Assembly: GCA_039810425.1 (NCBI GenBank)
Contig: JBDHWW010000003.1
Coordinates: forward strand, 32,001-96,000
From: Pseudobdellovibrionaceae bacterium
GTDB taxonomy: Bacteria > Bdellovibrionota > Bdellovibrionia > Bdellovibrionales > Bdellovibrionaceae
Direction of reading: 5' to 3'
Length of the DNA stretch: 64,000 nt
The notes under the pieces are model-generated. The model did not search any database and was not told the origin of the DNA. It worked only from the letters and a program-made list of their open reading frames with translations. Below are positions 37,197 through 44,583 of this stretch, one piece after another; position 1 is the stretch's first letter, and each line of letters starts with the position of its first letter. The translations under genes were made by a program, and so were the position numbers.

Positions 37197-38306
37197 CTAG
37201 GCGCCGCTGAGGTTATTATCGCTAGCGTCTTTTTTCTTGACGTCGTCTTGAGTATTGGAAACATCTGTCGTTGCAGGAATATAAGGAACATCGTCTTGGC
37301 AACCAACTAAATTGTCTTTCATCCACGTTGAAATGTTTCGATCAAGGTCGGCAGCCGTAATGTCTTTCCAAGATTGAAAAAGGCTTCCACTGTAAGCCGA
37401 ACGGAAGGCATTGAAAACACTCAGGATCAAAGCCCGCTCAGCTGTCGCATCCGTGGTTTGTTCGTTATAAACTTTCACGCTGTTCCGTGAAATCTTCGCA
37501 GGATTCGCGAGGATGAAAGCACGACCGTTGAATGGGCCTTGATAGTTTCCAATCGCAGCGGTCTCTACGCTGTTTGCAACCGGCTGCCTATTGCACTCTT
37601 GAAAGTCAATTGCTGAGTAACTATAGAAGAACCCATCCATTTTAAGCTGGTCTTTCAAAATACGACGAGCCGTCATCAAGCAGGAGTCCGAGACAATGTA
37701 ACTGTAATTAGTGTAACCAACTTGAAGCAAACCTGAGATATTTTGAACTGCCACAGAACAGCTAGCCTGAAGGAAGAAGTTTGAAATTTCTCGTGGAAAC
37801 AGTTGGTTATCTTTTGCAACGTCCATCACGCGGTAACCCCGTGGCAATTGAGTTTGCATAAGGACCCAATCGGAGCCGTAACCGCCGTAAGAGAAAGTCG
37901 CGACGGGGTCGATCGAGTTATAGAGAGCCGGGCCGTACATATTAAGTGCGCCATATTTTAAATCAGTCAAATCACCGCAGTCTTTTGGATTGGCGCTTGG
38001 GTTCCTGAATGAACAAAAGGATTGGTAATAGCGGTTGCCAAGGTTTTCAAGATGGTCGTAACCAGAGGGGCTGTTGGAAGCTAATGGACTTGTCCAAACA
38101 GCATTGCGGCCCCTACCATTGAACCAGTGGAAAACCATGTAGGGCTTTTTCAGCTCGTACATATATTTAGCTAAGTACTGAACCACTTCGTTCTCATTAG
38201 CCACTCGTCCTTGAATATTCGCCGAGGTTTGGGCAAGGCCTGTAGATAGGCTCAACACAAGGCCAGCTAAAGTGACAAATTTTGTAATTCTCATGACTAT
38301 ATCCAT
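37197..38306 (-). CDS. Exported putative ADP-ribosyltransferase-fold protein, paralog 2
   Basis: Collinear with paralog 1; VFHW; MYGPALYNSIDPVATFSY (Y-X10-Y); VLMQTQLPRG; the same 6 Cys. The start may be 38294. Confidence 0.65.
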   Translation of the reverse strand: MDIVMRITKFVTLAGLVLSLSTGLAQTSANIQGRVANENEVVQYLAKYMYELKKPYMVFHWFNGRGRNAVWTSPLASNSPSGYDHLENLGNRYYQSFCSFRNPSANPKDCGDLTDLKYGALNMYGPALYNSIDPVATFSYGGYGSDWVLMQTQLPRGYRVMDVAKDNQLFPREISNFFLQASCSVAVQNISGLLQVGYTNYSYIVSDSCLMTARRILKDQLKMDGFFYSYSAIDFQECNRQPVANSVETAAIGNYQGPFNGRAFILANPAKISRNSVKVYNEQTTDATAERALILSVFNAFRSAYSGSLFQSWKDITAADLDRNISTWMKDNLVGCQDDVPYIPATTDVSNTQDDVKKKDASDNNLSGA

Positions 38307-38364
38307 CCTTTAAAGCCGTTTGTTCGATCTGGGATCTCCCGATTCTGTTTTGTAAAAAAGTAAA

Positions 38365-38380
38365 AGCAACGAAGGTGCCA
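38365..38380 (-). promoter_or_regulatory. Sigma54 promoter for the ART-like gene pair
   Basis: TGGCACCTTCGTTGCT, close to the consensus TGGCAC-N5-TTGC. Confidence 0.8.
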
Positions 38381-38429
38381 GTCCTCAGGCTCGTTAACAA
38401 CTCACTCCCAATTGACGATAAGAAGACTT

Positions 38430-40016
38430 ATGAAAACACAATTTTTAGTCCTTCTAATTCCGTTGTTGCTTACAACGTTGTCCCAGGCATCGGACCTGCC
38501 GGCGGCCCTTGTGCCACTTCAGGAGAAACTCTTTCAGACCTCTTATAAGAGCTTCGCCAAAGACTTTAGAACGGCCCATCCCGAGTATAAAATCCCAGCA
38601 GAGGCTAAGGCCCCCGTTTTCAACCCCAAGCTTTCCCGCAACGAGTGGTTGGATCTCTATATAAATACGCTGTTGGCGCAGATTTCTGTTCCGAAGGATC
38701 ACGTGGAGGCATTTAAGGGTTCCGCAAAAGAGATGTTTACGTCTTACTCTCGCAATGTCGGTTTTGCCCGGGTTCCCTTCTTATCCGTTGAGAGCGAACG
38801 TCTTGCGGCGGCAAAGGGCTCGGGTAAAGCAAAGGCCGTGAGGCCGACGACTCTGCCTGAGAGCTACCTTCCGAATCACACGATGGATATGGTTGGATAT
38901 GTAAATGAACGATTCTCGGCGATTCTACAGGACTTCGTGAAGTCGCAAAAGACCCCTCTCTATTTGCACGATAGCAATTGCGCTGATGCTTACGCATTTC
39001 AGCGGAGCGAAGGTTTTAATCAAGCGGTTCGTTTCATGGGCGCGCGAGATAATTCCAATAGCCAATACTTCTTTGCCGTGAATCCGAAAACGTCGGCGTA
39101 CCGCTTCGCGGTTTGTGATTTGCGTGGCCAAGACGACGTCACTCGGATCGTGGCATTGTTAGGCCCGATCTTTAACAAAGCCGGAGCCACTATGGTTTTG
39201 CATCAAGTAAAAGCTCCGATCTTGGCATTCAATAGCAAGGGTCGTGCCTTGAAAGTCCGCTCTCGTGAAGACCGCGTCGTACTTGGTTTTCAGAATACGA
39301 TTTGGTGGGAGTTCTACACCACAAATAAGGAAGATTGGCAACGTATTCCGCTGACGGACGAGGGAACCGATGTTTCACTCTTTGAAAATAAGCGCACAGG
39401 CGCGAATATCATTAGCGTAGAAAACGTCTATGGCGACGACATTGTTGAAGCTCTCGATATCCTTTACAAAAAGGGCTATCGTCGTTTCATCTATATGGGA
39501 AGTTGCGGGGGCTTGGATCCTGAATTCAAAATCGGTGATGTACTGATTCCAAATCGCTTCCTGGATAAAGACAACAAAATCATTGAGTTCAAAAACTCAG
39601 CCGGCCAGAAATACCTAGCTTTGCCAGGCGCTGGGAATATCATTCGTGACACAATTCAAGGCTGGGTGCCGACTTTGGCGGTGGAAACAAAAGATCACAT
39701 GATGGATATGCAAAAGAAAGCCCAAGCGATCGATATTGAAAGCCTTTATTTTGGAAAATTCTTTAATTCTCATGAAGCACTGGAGCAATCCTTGCTAGTC
39801 ACTGTCTCAGACACTCCCCTCGGTCATATGACTTACGAACAAGAAAATGTGACTCGTGGAATTCCAATGAAGAGCATCAAAAGACTTGTGCCACAGATTT
39901 TCGTAACAAAAGTGGAAAAAGAAGACGGGGGAAAACGAGCCGTCGCTTCGAGAAAAGCCACGACCGAGCCACCTGTTATTTGGCTGGGACCGGATCTCTA
40001 TGAGAAGTCCTGGTAA
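38430..40016 (+). CDS. Exported protein with a C-terminal nucleoside phosphorylase / AMP nucleosidase-like (PNP_UDP_1) domain
   Basis: Signal peptide MKTQFLVLLIPLLL..SQA; YMGSCGGL...IGDVLIP, AIDIES and VSD motifs. Confidence 0.7.
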   Translation: MKTQFLVLLIPLLLTTLSQASDLPAALVPLQEKLFQTSYKSFAKDFRTAHPEYKIPAEAKAPVFNPKLSRNEWLDLYINTLLAQISVPKDHVEAFKGSAKEMFTSYSRNVGFARVPFLSVESERLAAAKGSGKAKAVRPTTLPESYLPNHTMDMVGYVNERFSAILQDFVKSQKTPLYLHDSNCADAYAFQRSEGFNQAVRFMGARDNSNSQYFFAVNPKTSAYRFAVCDLRGQDDVTRIVALLGPIFNKAGATMVLHQVKAPILAFNSKGRALKVRSREDRVVLGFQNTIWWEFYTTNKEDWQRIPLTDEGTDVSLFENKRTGANIISVENVYGDDIVEALDILYKKGYRRFIYMGSCGGLDPEFKIGDVLIPNRFLDKDNKIIEFKNSAGQKYLALPGAGNIIRDTIQGWVPTLAVETKDHMMDMQKKAQAIDIESLYFGKFFNSHEALEQSLLVTVSDTPLGHMTYEQENVTRGIPMKSIKRLVPQIFVTKVEKEDGGKRAVASRKATTEPPVIWLGPDLYEKSW

Positions 40017-40039
40017 ACGGGGCGGCCAGGCCTCTGCTT

Positions 40040-40690
40040 TTAAAAAGTCCCGACGACTTCTTTCAGCCGCTGGAACGTCACCACGTCATTCAAATCAGAT
40101 GAAAAGAAAAACTTTTTGAAACCGGGTGGCACCGGATACTTCCCGGTTTTTAAAACATCCAAGACATACATGCTGCCAAGCTCCTGACAAGCCAGTGATC
40201 CGGCAAGGGCGGGATCAGACAAGCAGTAAGTCGGCATTGAGCCGATACAAATCAGCGCATTGGCCATTTCTCGGTCCGTCTGACAGTAAGCTGGCTGAAC
40301 GCGGGCGCAAGCCAAATCATTGGCGAACTTGCGATCGGTCTGGCAATACGACGGCATGCTACCAGCGCAAGCCAATGAATTCGAGTGCTCTGGTTTTGTC
40401 TGACAGTATACTGGATGGGCGCCAATACATGCGCCGTTGTTCGCAAAAGATTCATTGTTTTGGCAGAAATCCGGTTTAACTCCAGCACAGGAAAGCAAAT
40501 CGGCGGTGCTGTTATCTGAGATGCAATAAGAAGGTCTCGCTCCAATACAAGACAGATTATCGCCGGCAGATTTATCGGTGATACAGAACGAAGGCGGAAT
40601 CGCTCCATGCACAGGGCGTGGGATCAAGACAGTGGCAAGAAATAATATCAGTCCAATTTCTACGAAGAACCACCAAGAATGCCGTTTCAT
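40040..40690 (-). CDS. Exported Cys-repeat hypothetical protein
   Basis: N-terminal hydrophobic signal; seven 20-aa P-x-[YF]-C-x11-C repeats; GGAG RBS before MKRHSWW. Confidence 0.78.
   Translation of the reverse strand: MKRHSWWFFVEIGLILFLATVLIPRPVHGAIPPSFCITDKSAGDNLSCIGARPSYCISDNSTADLLSCAGVKPDFCQNNESFANNGACIGAHPVYCQTKPEHSNSLACAGSMPSYCQTDRKFANDLACARVQPAYCQTDREMANALICIGSMPTYCLSDPALAGSLACQELGSMYVLDVLKTGKYPVPPGFKKFFFSSDLNDVVTFQRLKEVVGTF
40175..40594 (-). repeat. Seven diverged 60-nt coding repeats (20-aa two-cysteine unit)
   Basis: Units include PSFCITDKSAGDNLSCIGAR, PSYCISDNSTADLLSCAGVK and PTYCLSDPALAGSLACQELG. Confidence 0.88.
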
Positions 40691-40728
40691 AACTCCGCCC
40701 TTCCCCAATCACAGGCGGGCGGCAATTC

Positions 40729-41580
40729 TTAATCCGTTTCTTCGCTCAGATAAGGCGCCAGTGTTTTTTGAAGTTCAGCAACAACATTGGCATTGCCCGC
40801 GATGATTGAGTTCTTATACGGATTATACTTCTTTCCGCGGTAAGTGACCACTTTTCCACCGGCTTCCTCAACAAGTAACATGCCGGCGGCGCTGTCCCAA
40901 GGCTGTAGGTTTCTTTCCCAAAAACCATCAAACACACCACGCGCCACCAAAGCCAAATCATAGGCGGCCGCACCCGGCCTGCGAACGCCACGGCACTTAT
41001 AAACAATGTCTGAAAAAATTCGCAATTGCTCTTCGATGACTTTTTGTTTTTCAGCAACGAAACCTGTCGCAAGAAGCGCATCCTTCAATCCCGAAGCGGA
41101 ACTGATCTGCAATCTTTTTCCATTCATAAAAGCGCCTTGCCCGCGAACGGCGGTGTAGGTCTCACCCATCTTTGGGCAGTCGATGACGGCCACTTGAATC
41201 TCGCCGTTAATCTCCAACCCCAAGCTGATGCAAAAAATCGGGAACTGATGAATGTAGTTCGTCGTTCCGTCGAGTGGATCAAGAATCCAGCGGCCCCGCG
41301 CACCCGCAGAGGTGAGCTGGACTTTGGCCCCTTCGTAGCTCGACTCCTCGCCCAAAAATTCAATACTAGGAAAATTTTTCCTCAAATAATCCGAGATTAC
41401 TTTCTCGGATTCCTTATCTGCTTCGCTCACCAATCCAGCCTGAAATTTTTCAGAAATGTGCTGTAGATTGCCTATATATTTGAGTAGGACCTCGCGGCCA
41501 AGTCGACAGGCCTTAAGTCCCACATGCAGGGCTCGCCCCAAATCTACTGAATTTGCATTGTTTTCCCCAGATGTTTCCAC
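40729..41580 (-). CDS. suhB: Inositol monophosphatase family protein
   Basis: GEE, WILDPLDGTTN and PWDSAAG motifs. Confidence 0.9.
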   Translation of the reverse strand: METSGENNANSVDLGRALHVGLKACRLGREVLLKYIGNLQHISEKFQAGLVSEADKESEKVISDYLRKNFPSIEFLGEESSYEGAKVQLTSAGARGRWILDPLDGTTNYIHQFPIFCISLGLEINGEIQVAVIDCPKMGETYTAVRGQGAFMNGKRLQISSASGLKDALLATGFVAEKQKVIEEQLRIFSDIVYKCRGVRRPGAAAYDLALVARGVFDGFWERNLQPWDSAAGMLLVEEAGGKVVTYRGKKYNPYKNSIIAGNANVVAELQKTLAPYLSEETD

Positions 41581-41610
41581 TACGAAGGCCTTTCCTAGAC
41601 TGGTCCTTTA

Positions 41611-41639
41611 TTGACCGACTTTTTGCCTAACGCTAACAT
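41611..41639 (+). promoter_or_regulatory. Putative sigma70 promoter for the SPOR gene
   Basis: TTGACC-N17-TAACAT. Confidence 0.55.
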
Positions 41640-41701
41640 AAATATAGAGTCAATGGAATGACTCCAATTCAACTTTTAAGCTACCCCAAGGGGATTCATA
41701 A

Positions 41702-42472
41702 ATGGGCGCAAAAACGGACGTGATTGTTAAATTGGTTCTCGTGTTTTTTATTTCGTTGTTGTCATTTTCCATCGGTACCTTCGTCGGTAAGAAGTACAGC
41801 GATAATCAACACAAACTTGCCGCCTTAGAACCAGGCAAAAGTGAACATGGTTCACGCGAAGTCGCTTCTGAAAATGAACACGGCGGTTCAGGTGTTGCGG
41901 CAAAAGCTGGAGAAGGCATGAGCGATGAAGAAATCGCGAAATTGGCTGAAGAATTCGTGGCAGACGATACAACGGCAACAACCGCCGCATCCAGCGAGGA
42001 AGCAAAAACAGAAACCGGCCATGGTGCGAAAGCAGAAAAAACCGTTGCAAAAGAAGAGGCTCCCGCGGCTAACGCAAAAACCCGTTCACTTGAAAAAGCA
42101 GAGCCTTTGTCCGCAGCAAAAAATATCGCTCATGGTAAAGCTGCGACCGCTGCTGTTGCTGAAGAGAAAAAGATCGAAAAAGACACGCGCGTGCCTTCCA
42201 GCATTCCTAAAGATGTTGGCCAGTACTCTACAGGTAAATTCACGGTTCAGGTCGGTTCTTACGCAAAGGAAGAAGAAGCCCAGAAAATCGCCGGCGATTT
42301 GAAATCTAAAGGCTTCAGCGCTTTCTACATCCCAGCAAACGTAAAAGGCCAAACTTGGTTCCGCGTCAGTGTTGGTTTGTTCGCGACCCCGAAAGAAGCG
42401 CAAGACTACAGAACAGAGCTCATGAGCAAAGCAAAACTTAGCACAGCTTTGGTTCAGAAAATCATTCAGTAA
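41702..42472 (+). CDS. SPOR domain protein (FtsN/DedD-like)
   Basis: N-terminal TM, disordered linker, FTVQVGSY...WFRVSVG SPOR domain. Confidence 0.9.
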   Translation: MGAKTDVIVKLVLVFFISLLSFSIGTFVGKKYSDNQHKLAALEPGKSEHGSREVASENEHGGSGVAAKAGEGMSDEEIAKLAEEFVADDTTATTAASSEEAKTETGHGAKAEKTVAKEEAPAANAKTRSLEKAEPLSAAKNIAHGKAATAAVAEEKKIEKDTRVPSSIPKDVGQYSTGKFTVQVGSYAKEEEAQKIAGDLKSKGFSAFYIPANVKGQTWFRVSVGLFATPKEAQDYRTELMSKAKLSTALVQKIIQ

Positions 42473-42491
42473 GATTCATTAAATCTAAAGC

Positions 42492-42526
42492 AAAAAAGCC
42501 CTTGGCCAAAACCGAGGGCTTTTTTT
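42492..42526. terminator. Bidirectional rho-independent terminator
   Basis: AAAAAAGCCCTTGG...CCGAGGGCTTTTTTT between convergent genes. Confidence 0.85.
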
Positions 42527-42563
42527 GTCCAAAAACCTCTTGGCCAAAGATCAAAATACTTTT

Positions 42564-43124
42564 TTAAAACTCTACCCCAAGACGCAGGAGCATGCCCAGC
42601 TGAGGATTGGGGTCAAAGTTTTTTCCGGCCATGACGCGGCCTTCGAAGCTCACGAGAACGTAACGGAAAAGCAGGCTCTGGGCACCGGCGGAAACTCCGC
42701 CCATCATTTGCAAGCCCGTAGAATCTTCTGAACTTCCACTGCCGGCAAGGGTCGTCGTCACTTTCTCGGTATAGCCGCCAGCAGCACCTGCGGCGAATAA
42801 GTCCAGCATTTCAAAGTTTATGAGATTTTGCTTCCACCAAAAAAGAAACTCTTCGTGGCTGCGATCCAAAGCTAAAGCGGCATTCCCCGTTTTTTCATCA
42901 AATTTGGAGTATTCAAAAAGAACCGTCGACGGACCTTTGCGCACGCCGAAAGCCAAACCAAACGGATGACGATCCACCATCTGCTGAGTCGCATCGCGCT
43001 CCCAGCGGATTTCGCCATTGAGTGGAAAAATATCATAGCGCCAGGGAACCGCCGGAGTGGACGCCGCCGCTTGTGCGTGAGCGACTCCCAGCATTACCAA
43101 GATGGCAACAACAAAGGCTTTCAT
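42564..43124 (-). CDS. Putative small outer-membrane beta-barrel protein
   Basis: Signal peptide, amphipathic strands, C-terminal LRLGVEF. Confidence 0.7.
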   Translation of the reverse strand: MKAFVVAILVMLGVAHAQAAASTPAVPWRYDIFPLNGEIRWERDATQQMVDRHPFGLAFGVRKGPSTVLFEYSKFDEKTGNAALALDRSHEEFLFWWKQNLINFEMLDLFAAGAAGGYTEKVTTTLAGSGSSEDSTGLQMMGGVSAGAQSLLFRYVLVSFEGRVMAGKNFDPNPQLGMLLRLGVEF

Positions 43125-44488
43125 GACTCGCCACCCACAGCCACCGGAAAAGGCTTGATCGTCGCGGATGGCTTTGGGCGATCTTCTTCAGAAGGACGCA
43201 AAGAAGCGGGCGCGGCCTTTACCTTGCCGTGATCCGTGTCATTGGATTTGTTAACGATTTCATCTAAGAAATCTTTCTCGTCACTATGAATACCATCGAC
43301 GGAACTCTTCAGCATCGTGAAGAAGTGTTCCGGGCTGAAGTATTTACGGTCCCGGTACTTCAAAATTTCGGTTCTCAGGCTTGGCAGAGTCTTAACAATC
43401 GCCATTGCCACCAGCTTCCGGGCCTCGATCGAGGTCAAACCTCGTGAAGTCTCGACCACCTTGGCAAAACGCTTCAAGGTACGGGCATAGTCCGTTCCAA
43501 GGCAGTAGGCAACGCGGTCACCGCCACAGGGATTCTTGGTCCCATCAAAGAAGTTTTGCACCTTTGCCATCGCCAATCGCGCGCTGAAATCCTCTTTATT
43601 CGGGAATTTATAGTCCGCGACTTCTTTCTCGGTCAGATCCAAAGTGCGGTCTTTTTCTTCTGAAGGCAATGAGCGCTTCAAGAAGTTCGCATCGCCCGTG
43701 TAAACCCAAGCCCAGAAGTCGGCGAGGCCTTCATTCACCCCGCGCGAGAACACTCTGTGGTATCTCTCGATTTCGTCATTCGGCGTTTCAACCTTCGCAA
43801 TATTCAAAGGCTCACCAACAATCGCGCTTCCCAAAACAGCTTCACGGACTTTTTTCCCATGCAGAGGTTTTGTTTCTTTATCAAACATCTCTTTTTCGAC
43901 AAGTTTGTAATAGAGCGAGTGGAAATGCTCATGGGCCAGGATACCGGCATTCACCGCGATCGGCAGATTGTTCTGAGTATAAGGCACCACTAAAATCGCA
44001 TCCGTCGGGCCATCGTAAAACGCATTATTCGCATCGAAATTGTCGCCACGGCGGTAGCGAACAGCCACACCCACATCGCGCGGCCATGTATTCACGCCAC
44101 CCGCACCGACTTCGGCGTCCAAAGCCGCCAAGTTTTGCAAGTGGTTATAAATCACCGTCATCTGCTGGGAAAGCTCGTCAGCCGCAACATAGAGATCACC
44201 AGATTTGATAAAACGAGTTTTTGGCTGGATGCCAGTGATTTTACCCTGAACAGCAGAGGGGAAAATATAAAATTTAGCAAATTGACCGTTAAATTCGTAG
44301 AGAGAAGTAATGCCCTGAAGAGTCACCTCTTGAAGGCTGTAATCGCCCCCTTCGGCGGCGACTGGAATACGCGTTTTGACGTCTCCAGACACTTTGCTTG
44401 TATCCGGCTCCCGGTTACAACCCACATTAGTGGCAACGAGAGCGATTCCCAACAGAGATTGCAAAAGGCCCATTCCAAAAAGCTTCAC
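43121..44488 (-). CDS. Zinc metallopeptidase lipoprotein (gluzincin, M4/M36-like)
   Basis: NNAFY, HEHFH (HExxH), NEGLAD; lipobox-like NVG|C; start moved to GTG 44488 after GGAGA. Confidence 0.75.
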   Translation of the reverse strand: MKLFGMGLLQSLLGIALVATNVGCNREPDTSKVSGDVKTRIPVAAEGGDYSLQEVTLQGITSLYEFNGQFAKFYIFPSAVQGKITGIQPKTRFIKSGDLYVAADELSQQMTVIYNHLQNLAALDAEVGAGGVNTWPRDVGVAVRYRRGDNFDANNAFYDGPTDAILVVPYTQNNLPIAVNAGILAHEHFHSLYYKLVEKEMFDKETKPLHGKKVREAVLGSAIVGEPLNIAKVETPNDEIERYHRVFSRGVNEGLADFWAWVYTGDANFLKRSLPSEEKDRTLDLTEKEVADYKFPNKEDFSARLAMAKVQNFFDGTKNPCGGDRVAYCLGTDYARTLKRFAKVVETSRGLTSIEARKLVAMAIVKTLPSLRTEILKYRDRKYFSPEHFFTMLKSSVDGIHSDEKDFLDEIVNKSNDTDHGKVKAAPASLRPSEEDRPKPSATIKPFPVAVGGES

Positions 44489-44583
44489 AAAAAGGTCTCC
44501 GGCGACTATAAGTTTCAGGTACCCACTCAGCAATTGACAAACTGCGTTATATATACCCTAACCCGCGCTGGAATTCCTTAAAA

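Noticed and set aside
35026..40708. Prophage or mobile element
   Set aside because: No integrase, transposase, phage structural gene, tRNA target or flanking direct repeat was seen.
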